A stretch of DNA of 64,000 nucleotides from the NCBI GenBank assembly GCA_900541835.1, contig UQLL01000001.1:43915-107914 (forward strand), read 5' to 3'. The stretch is from an uncultured Porphyromonadaceae bacterium. Lineage in GTDB: Bacteria; Bacteroidota; Bacteroidia; Bacteroidales; Muribaculaceae. Every line of letters begins with the position of its first letter. Position 1 is the stretch's first letter. A program made the translations under genes and the position numbers. Below the pieces are notes generated by a model. The model made no database searches, was not told the origin of the DNA, and saw nothing but the letters and a program-made list of their open reading frames with translations. Shown here piece after piece: positions 1 through 11,966 of the stretch.

Positions 1-2077
1 GCACACGGGCCTCCAGATAGGACTTGTCCCACATCGAGCGGCGGGTCCAGCGGGGCTCGTAGGTGTTGCGGATGTCGCCGGTAATCTGGCGCATGACCAT
101 GTCGGTGAACATTCGGGAGTTCATGCGCGGGGTGCCGTCGGCGTACGAGGCGCCCCCGTTGGTGTAGTAGATGCCGAGGGTGCCCACGAAGCTGTCGTCG
201 CCACGCTTGCCGGCGTCAGAATGGAGGGCGAAGCTGAGGTCGATGGGAATGTTGAGTCCCTCGCGCTTGGGGAGTACGCGACTGCCACCGGCCAGGTAGT
301 TGACCCAGTGGCCGCGGTCGGTGTAGTCGTCCTTGTAGTCGTTGGAGCCGTGAAAGGGGGAGTACACGGACTCGGGGAATCCGGCCCACTGTAGCCAGTA
401 GCGTGCTCCTTCCAGGTAGCGGGGCAGTCCGGAGATTGAGAAGCGGGGTGTGCGCCCAGGCTTGGCGGCAGGCTGCTGCGTGGTGGTCGGCTCCTGCTCG
501 TCGACGGAGCCTTCGTCTTCTTCCTCGGTGGCGGGCTGCTCGTCGGAGTTCTCGGCTATATGTGTGTCGGGAGTGGAGGGATCGTAGTAGATGTCGCTGC
601 GGCGCGGTGAACGCTCGATGTTGCCCATACCGCCGCCAATCTTGACGGCGTCGGCGGTGACGACAGTCCCGGCACCCTTGCTGGTCTGGTTGGTGAGCGC
701 CACGATCGGTTCCACCTCGCTCATTCCGGCCTTGAAGGGGAAAGTGCCGAGGTAGGTCCAGGTGCTGCCGCCCATCTTCTGGTTGACAGTGAACTCGCGC
801 GAACCACCGGAGTAGTTGACGGTATAGTGCGCGTCGGTGGTGGAGTTAGGCAACGTCTTATAGCTGACATAGACGGCGTATTCGCCATCCCTGGGAATGT
901 CGGCATACCAGGCGGCAACGGACGGCTTTCCCTTGCTGCCGACTGTGGGCACTTCCATGTAGGTGCCGTTGGTGAAGGGATTCTCGGTGTCGCGGAAGGC
1001 GGGAAGGTCGTAGATGAAGCCCTCGCCCTCGCCGACTTTCCATTTCTCCGCGCCGTTGGTGATGCGGAAATCGGACTGGGAGTAGACCTTTCCGCCGGGA
1101 TATGTGTCGTTGTCGACAATCACCTCGTTGCGGTTGATGTCGCGCTCGCGGGGAAGGAAGACGTTGGCGCCGGCGTTCTCGAGCATCGGCACCACGTAGG
1201 GCAGTATGTAGCTCATGGTATAGACGTCCTCGATGGTCTCGAAGAGGAATCCGCGCTGCCATAGCCAGCTTCCATGCTCATTGCGGAAGTACTTCCCGTG
1301 GCTGTGCCATAGTGCGATGTTGTCGTTGTTCATGCCCTTGGAGTAGGTGGTCCAGGGGTCGGTAGGACGCACGAACTCGGGGTTCTTCCTGGCGCTCTCG
1401 GGAAGCTTATCCACGCGGGAGATGTAGTAGCCAAGGTCGTGACGACCTACCTTCAGTGCTATTGAGTAGTTGCGCACAGAGTCGGGGAGAGAACGGCGCA
1501 CGGCTCCCTTCAGGTCGCCGATGAACTGCTGGTTGATAGGCAGGTAGGTGAAGTTTTCGTTCAGCCCGACTGTGGCTTCGCGCAGCCGGTCGTTGAGCTT
1601 GACGGAGTTGATGCGCAGTCCCCCGGGATTGTGCTCCGAGGGTATCCACCTGAGCACTGCGGCGTTGACGGCCACTGTCAGGGAATCGTTTTGGGCGGCC
1701 TCAGGAGCCTCTTTCGGCTTCGACACTTTCTTGGGTGCGGGAGCTGCCGCCTGCTGACGCGATGAGGCGCCCGACGAGCTGCGGCGCGACTTGCGGCTGG
1801 CGGACTCGTATTTCTTTTTTGATGTCTTCTCCTCCTTGGCGCCTTTCTTTGATTTCTTATTCTTAGACTTCTTCTTCGACTTCGAAGAGTTTGTCTCATC
1901 GGCACCCTTGGAGCCCTTCTTCTTCGACTTCTTCGACTTCGATGACTTTGAGCTTGTCTGCTCCGTCTTTGCCTTCGATTTCGAGGACGACTTGCGCGCC
2001 TCCGCCGGGTTCAGCGGAAGCATAAGAAAAAGTATCAGTAGGGCGGAGAGTATGAGGTATGGGTATCTTTTTCTCAT
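1..2077 (-). CDS. N-acetylmuramoyl-L-alanine amidase family protein (Amidase_3-like), partial: its 3' end runs off the window start. N-terminal signal peptide followed by a long Lys/Ser-rich low-complexity region
   Basis: Open frame on the minus strand from the ATG at 2075-2077 to position 1 with no stop. Translation begins MRKRYPYLILSALLILFLM (signal peptide), then a K/S-rich stretch, then motifs NIPIDLSFALHSDAG and GTLGIYYTNGG typical of MurNAc-L-Ala amidases. Not in the ORF track because it has no stop within the window. Confidence 0.75.
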   Translation of the reverse strand, partial: MRKRYPYLILSALLILFLMLPLNPAEARKSSSKSKAKTEQTSSKSSKSKKSKKKGSKGADETNSSKSKKKSKNKKSKKGAKEEKTSKKKYESASRKSRRSSSGASSRQQAAAPAPKKVSKPKEAPEAAQNDSLTVAVNAAVLRWIPSEHNPGGLRINSVKLNDRLREATVGLNENFTYLPINQQFIGDLKGAVRRSLPDSVRNYSIALKVGRHDLGYYISRVDKLPESARKNPEFVRPTDPWTTYSKGMNNDNIALWHSHGKYFRNEHGSWLWQRGFLFETIEDVYTMSYILPYVVPMLENAGANVFLPRERDINRNEVIVDNDTYPGGKVYSQSDFRITNGAEKWKVGEGEGFIYDLPAFRDTENPFTNGTYMEVPTVGSKGKPSVAAWYADIPRDGEYAVYVSYKTLPNSTTDAHYTVNYSGGSREFTVNQKMGGSTWTYLGTFPFKAGMSEVEPIVALTNQTSKGAGTVVTADAVKIGGGMGNIERSPRRSDIYYDPSTPDTHIAENSDEQPATEEEDEGSVDEQEPTTTQQPAAKPGRTPRFSISGLPRYLEGARYWLQWAGFPESVYSPFHGSNDYKDDYTDRGHWVNYLAGGSRVLPKREGLNIPIDLSFALHSDAGKRGDDSFVGTLGIYYTNGGASYADGTPRMNSRMFTDMVMRQITGDIRNTYEPRWTRRSMWDKSYLEARV

Positions 2078-2159
2078 CACATAGAATTGTATTGCACCCC
2101 GAAAGCGGGATGCAAGTCAGCACCTTTAAGAGACCTGCCATGGTACCTTAAAGGTAATG

Positions 2160-2167
2160 CAAAAGTA
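2160..2167 (-). promoter_or_regulatory. Candidate Bacteroidetes -7 box (TACTTTTG on the minus strand) for the amidase gene
   Basis: CAAAAGTA on the plus strand is TAnnTTTG on the minus strand, about 85 nt upstream of the ATG at 2077. Fits the recurring TAnnTTTGCA pattern seen at other promoters here. Confidence 0.35.
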
Positions 2168-2235
2168 CTAAAAAATTCTGTATCCGGCGTGTTAAATTAT
2201 ATTAATCAAAGTCGAATAGTCTGCATTTCAGGTAC

Positions 2236-2877
2236 TTATTGCAGGAACGGGTTATGCCGTTTTTCTGCTGCGATGGTGGTGGGATTGCCATGGCCAGGGT
2301 AAACTACCGTTTCGTCGGGCAAGGAGAGTAATTTCTCTTTCACCGCTTCGACGAGCTGCTGGTGATCTCCCCCCTCGAAGTCGGTGCGGCCGATGGAGCC
2401 CTGGAAGAGGGAGTCGCCGGAGATTACGAAATGGTCCTGCTCATCGTAGAGGGCGATGCCGCCGGGGCTGTGGCCCGGTACGTGCAGCACTGTCAGCCGT
2501 CCTTCCCCTATCTCGATGATGTCGCCGTCCTTGAGATAGGTTGAGATTTCGGCCTCGCGGGGCACGAAATCGAGCATGAAGATCTGGGCCTGCTGACGCA
2601 CTTTCCTGCCGAGCGGTTCGTCGTCGGGGTGGGCCGACAGCTTTACGCCGTATTCGCTGATGATAAAGCCATTGCCGCAGGCATGGTCCACGTGCATATG
2701 GGTGTTGATTAGGGCCACGACGGTGAGCTTCTCACGCTCCAGGAAGTGCTTCAGGGCCTCTTCCTCCTCGCGGGAGCTCATGCCAGGGTCGATGACCGCA
2801 GCCTTGCGTGTGGCATCGTCCCATACGACGTATGTGTTGATTCCGAAGAGTCGGAATATGAATCGTGCGATTTTCAT
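2236..2877 (-). CDS. MBL-fold metallo-hydrolase (hydroxyacylglutathione hydrolase-like)
   Basis: HMHVDHACG metal-binding motif and glyoxalase II-like fold. Start chosen at the internal Met MKIARFIF (cat at 2875-2877). Overlaps the rsmG stop by 4 nt. Confidence 0.85.
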   Translation of the reverse strand: MKIARFIFRLFGINTYVVWDDATRKAAVIDPGMSSREEEEALKHFLEREKLTVVALINTHMHVDHACGNGFIISEYGVKLSAHPDDEPLGRKVRQQAQIFMLDFVPREAEISTYLKDGDIIEIGEGRLTVLHVPGHSPGGIALYDEQDHFVISGDSLFQGSIGRTDFEGGDHQQLVEAVKEKLLSLPDETVVYPGHGNPTTIAAEKRHNPFLQ

Positions 2878-3497
2878 AGCGGTGTGTAGACAAGTTTCTT
2901 GGTTTCGAAGAATGCTTCGGAGAAATAGTCGGTCAGCGGCACCACCACCGACGGGCGGCGACACTCCTTGAGTTCCTTCTCCAGGTCGCCCCCCTTGAGT
3001 GTTATCAGTCCGTTGGGCACGGAGTTCAGTCGTTTGGTGCGGATATTGCGTCGTATGGCCTTGAGCAGGTCGGCCTGGGGCATGACGGCGCGGCTGACCA
3101 CGAAGTCAAAGCGCTCGTGGCATTCTCCGCTGTCGCCGTGCTGGAAGGTGACGTTCTCCAAACCAAGTTCTGCGGCGAAACTGCGGGCTGCCTCCACCTT
3201 CTTGCCGATGCGGTCGATAAGGTGGAAGTGCGTCTGCGGGAAGTATATCGCCAGCGGCAGGCCCGGAAGTCCTCCGCCGGTGCCGAGGTCCATCACCCGG
3301 CTACCCGGCGCGAAGCGAATGAACTTTGCTATGGAGAGCGAGTGCAGCAGGTGGGCTGTCTCGATGTTCTCCACGTCGCGACGGGAGATGAGATTCACCT
3401 TCTCGTTGTAGGCGTGCAGGCTCTCCTCCAGTCGTTCCAGCTGAAGCAGCTGACGCTCGTCGAGCTCCGGGAAGTATCTGACTATCAGTTCTTGCAT
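2874..3497 (-). CDS. rsmG: 16S rRNA (guanine527-N7)-methyltransferase RsmG
   Basis: 207 aa with the SAM-binding motif DLGTGGGLPGLPLAI. Typical GidB length and order. Confidence 0.9.
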   Translation of the reverse strand: MQELIVRYFPELDERQLLQLERLEESLHAYNEKVNLISRRDVENIETAHLLHSLSIAKFIRFAPGSRVMDLGTGGGLPGLPLAIYFPQTHFHLIDRIGKKVEAARSFAAELGLENVTFQHGDSGECHERFDFVVSRAVMPQADLLKAIRRNIRTKRLNSVPNGLITLKGGDLEKELKECRRPSVVVPLTDYFSEAFFETKKLVYTPL

Positions 3498-3513
3498 TCT
3501 CTTGACATAAACC

Positions 3514-4419
3514 CTAAACTATGCCTCGAAGTTCACTGATGTCGGCCACTCTGTGGCGAAGGCAGTAGTCCTGGAGGTAATCTACGATACGCGTGCCGGT
3601 GTCGGGGTGCACGAAGTTTGCGGTACCAACCTGCACGGCGGTGGCGCCGGCCATGATGAATTCCAGTGCGTCGGCGCCGGTCATGATGCCGCCCAGGCCG
3701 ATGACCGGAATCTTTACCGCCTTGGCCACCTGCCAGACCATCCGCACGGCAACGGGCTTGACTGCCGGACCGGAGAGTCCTCCGGTGACGGTGCTGAGCA
3801 CGGGGCGCTGACGCTCTACATCGACAGCCATGCCCAGCAGGGTGTTGATGAGCGAGACGCTGTCGGCTCCCTCTGCCTCCACTGCGCAGGCTATCGAAGC
3901 GATGTCGGTGACGTTGGGCGAGAGCTTCACGATCATCGTCCGGGGCCATGCCCGGCGGCAGGCCCGCGTCACTGCCGCAGCTCCATCGCAGGTGGTGCCG
4001 AAGGCCATGCCTCCCTGCCTGACGTTCGGACAGGAGATGTTTATCTCCACGGCAGGGATGCGCGGCAGGTCGGCCAGGCGACGGCACACCTCTGCATAGT
4101 CCTCCGGTCGGCTACCGCTCACGTTTACAACTATCCGGGTGTCGATGTGTTCGATGCGCGGATAGATGTTCTGCACGAAATAGTCCACGCCGCCGTTCTG
4201 CAGTCCAACGGCATTGAGCATTCCAGAGGGAGTCTCGGCCATGCGCGGATAGGGGTTTCCCTGTCGCGGCTCCAGGGTAGTGCCTTTGACGATGATGCCA
4301 CCCAGGCGGCTGAGGTCCATCAGAGGAGCATATTCCTGACCGTAGCCGAAGGTGCCGGAGGCCGTCATCACCGGGTTGCGAAGCTCTAAGGAGCCTATGT
4401 TTACTCTTAAATCGGCCAT
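3514..4419 (-). CDS. pyrD: Dihydroorotate dehydrogenase catalytic subunit (class 1B)
   Basis: MADLRVNIGSLELRNPVMTASGTFGYG with typical PyrD 1B motifs. The upstream part of the ORF is R/H-rich read-through, so the start is set at the Met at 4417-4419. Confidence 0.9.
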   Translation of the reverse strand: MADLRVNIGSLELRNPVMTASGTFGYGQEYAPLMDLSRLGGIIVKGTTLEPRQGNPYPRMAETPSGMLNAVGLQNGGVDYFVQNIYPRIEHIDTRIVVNVSGSRPEDYAEVCRRLADLPRIPAVEINISCPNVRQGGMAFGTTCDGAAAVTRACRRAWPRTMIVKLSPNVTDIASIACAVEAEGADSVSLINTLLGMAVDVERQRPVLSTVTGGLSGPAVKPVAVRMVWQVAKAVKIPVIGLGGIMTGADALEFIMAGATAVQVGTANFVHPDTGTRIVDYLQDYCLRHRVADISELRGIV

Positions 4420-5180
4420 GTCAGTTGGTTTATGTTGAAAACGGGTCCGTGGGTGCAGGTGCACAGGTTTCCTTCCGTGGTCTCCTCTACGCAGCAAAGG
4501 CAGGCGCCCAGACCGCAAGCCATCTTGTTCTCCAGGCTCACCTCGCAGTCGATTTCTCGGGCCTTGGCGGACTTGGCAACGGCGAGCATCATAGGCTTCG
4601 GACCGCAGCAGTATATCATGTCGTACTTCCCGGCGAAGAGCGGATGGTCGGTGACGAATCCCTTTGTGCCGACACTGCCGTCCTCGGTGCAGACGTGCAC
4701 CTTTCCGAACCGGCCGAACTCGTAGAGCATGGGCACGTCGGCCGCAGTGCGTCCACCAAGGATATATTCGGGCTTGCGACCTATCTCCCTGAGCTTGCGG
4801 CCAAGATAGAGCAACGGAGCGATTCCCACTCCGCCGCCCACGAGCAGCAGACGGGCATTCTCAGGCACCTCGATGGAGAAGCCGTGGCCCAGGGGCAGCA
4901 GCACCTCCAGCTCGTCGCCGGGGCGGCACTCCCCTATCGCACGGGAGCCGCGGCCGAGATCCTTGACGAGAATCCACAGCTGGCCTTCGCGCACGTCGCA
5001 CACGGAGATGGGGCGCCGCAGAAACACATCGGCACATTTAGGCGCAAGTATATTCACAAACTGGCCAGGCAGGATCTCCGGTACATCCGCCGGCAATGCC
5101 AGTTTCAGCAGGGTCAGCCCGGAACCCACAAGCTCCGAGTGATTCACCCGCAATTTCAAATCTTTATAGCTCATTGACAA
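4407..5180 (-). CDS. pyrK: Dihydroorotate dehydrogenase electron-transfer subunit PyrK
   Basis: FAD/NAD-binding ferredoxin-reductase-like fold with a C-terminal 2Fe-2S cysteine cluster (CGLGACLCC...C.C). Overlaps the pyrD start by 13 nt. Confidence 0.9.
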   Translation of the reverse strand: MSMSYKDLKLRVNHSELVGSGLTLLKLALPADVPEILPGQFVNILAPKCADVFLRRPISVCDVREGQLWILVKDLGRGSRAIGECRPGDELEVLLPLGHGFSIEVPENARLLLVGGGVGIAPLLYLGRKLREIGRKPEYILGGRTAADVPMLYEFGRFGKVHVCTEDGSVGTKGFVTDHPLFAGKYDMIYCCGPKPMMLAVAKSAKAREIDCEVSLENKMACGLGACLCCVEETTEGNLCTCTHGPVFNINQLTWPI

Positions 5181-5248
5181 GTTCTTTCAAGTCTTAAGTT
5201 CCTCTATCATTGCATTCCGGGGGCCGAAGAGGATTCTCGAGTTAGATG

Positions 5249-5285
5249 TTTCCTTTGCAATTGGCGCCCGCTTTAGCGCGGCGCA
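5249..5285 (+). promoter_or_regulatory. Conserved roughly 38-nt motif, copy A (TTTCCTTTGCAATTGGCGCCCGCTTTAGCGCGGCGCA), with GC-rich hairpin GCGCCCGC-TTTA-GCGCGGCGC
   Basis: Near-identical to copy B (34 of 37 nt) and related to copies C and D. Lies between the pyrK start and the merR 3' end, overlapping the last codons of merR. Confidence 0.5.
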
Positions 5286-5659
5286 TTACTTTCTTCGGGA
5301 ATGCCGAGCGCCTGTGCACGTACGGAGAGGCCCTTCATCAGCTCCTCCAGGGAGTTGCGCACCTTCTCCAGGCGCTCGATGGCCCGCAGGCGCCGACTTA
5401 CGTTCCCACGGTTCAATCGCATCTGCTCCTTAGCCGCCTCCAGCTTCAGCCCGCGGTCTCGCAGCAGATAGCTGATGGCCCGAAGCGTCTCGATGTCCTG
5501 CGGCGTGTAATATCGCAGGTTGGTGGCGCTCCGCCGCGGGTTCAGGCAGTCGAACTCCTTCTCCCAGAAACGGAGCGTGGACTGCTGGACGCCCAGCATC
5601 TCCGCCACATCTTTTATTTTATAGTATAATTTTCCTAACTGTGGTCTCTCTGCATCCAT
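5273..5659 (-). CDS. MerR-family transcriptional regulator
   Basis: N-terminal HTH YKIKDVAEMLGVQQSTLRFWE followed by a C-terminal coiled-coil. Confidence 0.85.
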   Translation of the reverse strand: MDAERPQLGKLYYKIKDVAEMLGVQQSTLRFWEKEFDCLNPRRSATNLRYYTPQDIETLRAISYLLRDRGLKLEAAKEQMRLNRGNVSRRLRAIERLEKVRNSLEELMKGLSVRAQALGIPEESNAPR

Positions 5660-5662
5660 AGT

Positions 5663-6631
5663 TCAGTCCATTACGTTTCCGGCATTGTCGGCGCGACGAA
5701 TCATGGCGTCGTACTGCTCCGGGGTTATGTCCATGAAATAGTAGTTGACGGGGTTCTGTGCCTCTCCCTTGAACCGCACTTCGTAGTGCAGGTGCAGCGA
5801 GGTGGACTTTCCTGTTGAGCCCATCTCCCCTATCTTGGTGCCGCGCGAAATGCGCTGCCCCTTCACCACCACGGCCCGGCGCAGGTGCGCGTAGACTGTG
5901 CGGTAGTTGTAGCCGTGGTCGATTTCCACGCAGTATCCCATGCCCCCCTGCCAGCCCGCCTCGGCCACGACGCCGTCAGCGGTGGCCGCAATCGGCTCCC
6001 CCTCGTTACCGGAGAAGTCGACGCCGGCGTGGAACTCGGTGGTGCCGTAGATCGGGTCCGTGCGGTATCCGAAGCCGGAGGATAGGTTGTAGTCCTTGAC
6101 GCTCACGGGCATCACGGCCGGGGTGTGGCGGAGCTTGTCACGCTGGGAGAGGGCCGCGTTCTTGAGCTCGTCGAAGCTGCGGCTCTGCACGTACAGCTCG
6201 CGGTCAAGCAGGTCCAGGCCGCGCGTCAGCTCGGTTATCAGCGAGGCGTCCGGCAGATTCTCCAGGGCACGGTAGCGCTCCTCGTTGTCGATGCCGGAGT
6301 AGCGCTCTGTCACCGACAGCGGCTCCATCTGCATCAGCACGCGGTAGTAGTTGTCGTCGCGCTGGCGGATTCCGTCCATCACCTTCAGCGACGCATCCAG
6401 GCGCCGCTGAAGAGTGTTGTACTGGCTGCGGAGCTGCGAGTTTTCCTTGCGCAGGTTGGCCTCGGAAGGAGGGGCCAGGACGAAGAACGAGAGGATGAAC
6501 AGCACCGCACCTATCGCCACCCCCACCAGCAGGTACAGTCCAAGAGAGACCAGGCGCCGCCCGAGCGTCGGGTAGATGCGCTCGTAGCTATCGGTCTCCG
6601 GGTTATACCTGTAGGTGATCTGTCTGCCCAT
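5663..6631 (-). CDS. M23-family peptidoglycan DD-metalloendopeptidase (membrane-anchored, coiled-coil)
   Basis: N-terminal TM helix, a coiled-coil, then a LytM domain with HAGVDF...HLHYEV motifs. Confidence 0.9.
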   Translation of the reverse strand: MGRQITYRYNPETDSYERIYPTLGRRLVSLGLYLLVGVAIGAVLFILSFFVLAPPSEANLRKENSQLRSQYNTLQRRLDASLKVMDGIRQRDDNYYRVLMQMEPLSVTERYSGIDNEERYRALENLPDASLITELTRGLDLLDRELYVQSRSFDELKNAALSQRDKLRHTPAVMPVSVKDYNLSSGFGYRTDPIYGTTEFHAGVDFSGNEGEPIAATADGVVAEAGWQGGMGYCVEIDHGYNYRTVYAHLRRAVVVKGQRISRGTKIGEMGSTGKSTSLHLHYEVRFKGEAQNPVNYYFMDITPEQYDAMIRRADNAGNVMD

Positions 6632-6637
6632 AATTCG

Positions 6638-6669
6638 TTTGCAAAGTTACAAATATTTCATTAATTTTG
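6638..6669 (+). promoter_or_regulatory. alaS promoter: -33 TTTG (6638-6641) and -7 TAATTTTG (6662-6669)
   Basis: Matches the Bacteroides sigma-A consensus TTTG-N19-21-TAnnTTTG with a 20-nt spacer. The ATG is at 6696. Confidence 0.5.
6642..6649 (-). promoter_or_regulatory. Divergent -7 box TAACTTTG for the M23 peptidase gene (minus strand)
   Basis: CAAAGTTA on the plus strand, about 10 nt upstream of the ATG at 6631 on the minus strand, implying a near-leaderless transcript. Confidence 0.4.
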
Positions 6670-6695
6670 CGGTGATTTTTGAGACTAACCGACTA

Positions 6696-9323
<2,628 letters not shown>

Positions 9324-9326
9324 GAG

Positions 9327-10184
9327 ATGGATTCCATAGTCGATTACCGCCGCAAGCCCGAGTGGCTCAAGATTCGTCTTCCCCGAGGCTTCAAGACAAG
9401 CCAAGTAGTGGGCTTGCTCAAAGACAAGGGGCTGCACACCATCTGTTCGTCGGGCATGTGTCCCAATCGTGCCGAGTGCTGGGGTGCCGGCACCGCCACC
9501 TTCATGATCTGTGGCAACATCTGCACACGCGGCTGCCGCTTCTGCAACGTCGCCACCGGCCGTCCCCTCCCCCTCGACGAGAAGGAGATTGACGACATCT
9601 GCGAGAGCGTCGCCCAGCTCGGACTCAAGCACGTCGTCCTCACCAGCGTCGACCGCGACGACCTCCCCGACCTCGGAGCTGGCCACTGGGTGCGCCTCAT
9701 CAACGCCCTCCACGAGCGCTGCCCCGGAGTGACCATGGAGACCCTCATCCCCGACTTCCAGGGCCGGGAGGAACTCCTCGACATGGTCGTCCAGGCAGGT
9801 CCCGACATCATCTCCCATAACCTTGAGACAGTGGAGCGCCTCACACCGCACGTGCGCTCACGCGCCACTTACCGCGGCTCCCTGAAAGTGCTCAAATACC
9901 TGGCCGACCACGGCGTCCGCACCAAGTCAGGCATCATGCTCGGCCTGGGCGAGACCGACGACGAAATCTGCCTGACCATGGACGACCTGCTCGAGGCCGG
10001 CTGCCGCATCATGACTATCGGCCAGTACCTCCAGCCCACCCGCGACCACTACCCCCTGCAGGCCTACGTCACCCCCGAGCAGTTCGCCGAATACGGCCGC
10101 ATCGGGCGTCTCAAGGGCTTCCGACACATCGAGTCCGCCCCATTTGTCCGCTCCAGCTATCACGCCGAAAAGCATCTCCACTAA
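9327..10184 (+). CDS. lipA: Lipoyl synthase
   Basis: Radical-SAM motif CTRGCRFC plus an N-terminal cysteine cluster, 285 aa. Confidence 0.95.
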   Translation: MDSIVDYRRKPEWLKIRLPRGFKTSQVVGLLKDKGLHTICSSGMCPNRAECWGAGTATFMICGNICTRGCRFCNVATGRPLPLDEKEIDDICESVAQLGLKHVVLTSVDRDDLPDLGAGHWVRLINALHERCPGVTMETLIPDFQGREELLDMVVQAGPDIISHNLETVERLTPHVRSRATYRGSLKVLKYLADHGVRTKSGIMLGLGETDDEICLTMDDLLEAGCRIMTIGQYLQPTRDHYPLQAYVTPEQFAEYGRIGRLKGFRHIESAPFVRSSYHAEKHLH

Positions 10185-10198
10185 TTGCCCGTAGTTTC

Positions 10199-10837
10199 AT
10201 GGTCGTAAAAGACTTAGGACGCGTCCCCTATCGCCAGGCGTGGGAGCTGCAACACAGGCTTGTAAAAGAGCTGCAGGATGGCCACGGCCAGGAGCAACTG
10301 CTGTTGGTGGAACACGATCCCGTCTTCACCCTCGGCTTCCACGGCAACGCCGCCAACATGCTCCTCGACGAGAGCGCCCTGGCCGCCAAAGGTATCGAGT
10401 GCATACGCATAGAGCGAGGAGGCGACATCACTTACCATGGCCCCGGCCAGCTTGTAGCCTACCCCATCCTCGACCTACGCGCCCACAATCTCGGCGTCAA
10501 GGCATACGTACACTTGCTGGAAGAGAGCGTCATCCGCCTCCTTGCCGAATACGTCATCCGGGCCGCACGCGATTCCTCCGCCCCTGGCGTGTGGATAGAC
10601 GTCGCCACCCTCCGCCAGCGCAAGATATGCGCCCTCGGCGTCAAAGTCAGCCATGCCGTCACCATGCACGGCCTGGCGCTCAACGTCAACACCGATCTCA
10701 CCCCGTTCAGCTACATCAACCCCTGCGGATTCGTCGACAGGGGTGTAACCACCATGGCCCTTGAACTCGGTCATACCCTTGACTTCGCCGAAGTAAAAGA
10801 CCGCTTCGCCGCCATCTTCCTCTCCCTGCTGAAATGA
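10199..10837 (+). CDS. lipB: Lipoyl(octanoyl) transferase
   Basis: 212 aa with LipB catalytic region RGGDITYHGPGQLVAYPILDL. Confidence 0.9.
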   Translation: MVVKDLGRVPYRQAWELQHRLVKELQDGHGQEQLLLVEHDPVFTLGFHGNAANMLLDESALAAKGIECIRIERGGDITYHGPGQLVAYPILDLRAHNLGVKAYVHLLEESVIRLLAEYVIRAARDSSAPGVWIDVATLRQRKICALGVKVSHAVTMHGLALNVNTDLTPFSYINPCGFVDRGVTTMALELGHTLDFAEVKDRFAAIFLSLLK

Positions 10838-10998
10838 ACAACGAGATTCTATACATCCTGCTACCGGACTTTGCCGGACACGAGATGGTATACCTGATGG
10901 AGGCCATATAGTTCAACAAACGGGGCTTCTGTAATATAGCCTGCGGCACAACTGAATTATCCGGGGCAAAGATGTTCTTTGCCGGTAATCACTTGATT

Positions 10999-11763
10999 AT
11001 GACGACTGCGGAAGATATACTCGGAACACTGGAATCTATGCGCGACGACGCACAGGCCCTCCAGCTAATGCGCTTTTTCAAGACCGGCAAGGGAAGCTAC
11101 GGCGAAGGAGACCGATTCCTCGGGCTGAAAGTGCCGCAGACTCGGCTCGTGGTGAAGGAAGCAAGGCTGGATGTGTCGCTGCCGGAGATCGAGAAGCTGC
11201 TCTACTCGGAATGGCACGAAGCCCGACTGGCTGGATTCCTACTGATTGAGCAGGAGATGAAAGAGTCCCTACCCAAACGCCAGGATTCGCCTGCCAGGTG
11301 CCGGGAGAAGGCGGAACGGAGGGATGAGATTGCGGCATTCTATCTCCGCCACGCAAGGCAGTCAAATAACTGGGACCTGGTGGACATTCCCTGCCGTGGA
11401 ATACTGGGCGAATGGCTGTTGCACCCTTCCGCTGACGGGACTTTGCCTGACCGCGGCATCCTCGACCGGCTGGCCGAGAGCGACAACCTCTGGGAGCAGC
11501 GCATCGGCATAGTCACTACCTGGCGCCTGATCAAGGAGAGACAGTTTGATGACACGCTGCGGCTTGCCGTCAAGCTGTTAGGCCACCCTCACGACCTCAT
11601 GCACAAGGCCGTGGGCTGGATGCTTCGCGAAGTCGGCAAGAGAGACATGGACGTGCTGACCGACTTTCTCGAAGCCCATTACGCCGAAATGCCGCGCACG
11701 GCCCTGCGCTACGCCATTGAGAAGATGCACGAACCCACTCGCCAGTCCTGGCTGAGACGATAG
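10999..11763 (+). CDS. DNA alkylation repair protein (AlkD-like HEAT-repeat glycosylase family)
   Basis: About 254 aa, all-helical, with an AlkD/AlkF-like HEAT-like repeat pattern. An alternative upstream start is at 10972. Confidence 0.7.
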   Translation: MTTAEDILGTLESMRDDAQALQLMRFFKTGKGSYGEGDRFLGLKVPQTRLVVKEARLDVSLPEIEKLLYSEWHEARLAGFLLIEQEMKESLPKRQDSPARCREKAERRDEIAAFYLRHARQSNNWDLVDIPCRGILGEWLLHPSADGTLPDRGILDRLAESDNLWEQRIGIVTTWRLIKERQFDDTLRLAVKLLGHPHDLMHKAVGWMLREVGKRDMDVLTDFLEAHYAEMPRTALRYAIEKMHEPTRQSWLRR

Positions 11764-11966
11764 AACAATCCAGCAGGAGCAGAATCGGGATATTGTCTAA
11801 ATTGGTGTCAATGTGAAAGTTCGTCACGCCATGCCGCAGTGTGTCCCTCTCGACTTCGTCGAGGCATCTTCCGGCTATGCCCCGACCATGTGTCTCCTGG
11901 CTGACTGCCATGCGGTCCACCACGACATATGACAAGGTCTTGCTTCGTGAACGGTCAGCGGCGCCC

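Noticed and set aside
5246-5629. 127-aa plus-strand ORF beginning inside motif copy A
   Set aside because: Entirely antisense to the MerR regulator gene with no homology; the FPLQLAPALAR peptide is just the translation of the conserved DNA motif (the same happens at copy B)
10838-10971. Palindrome CAAAGATGTTCTTTG overlapping a candidate alkD start
   Set aside because: Short (6-bp arms), single occurrence; insufficient to call an operator or attenuator
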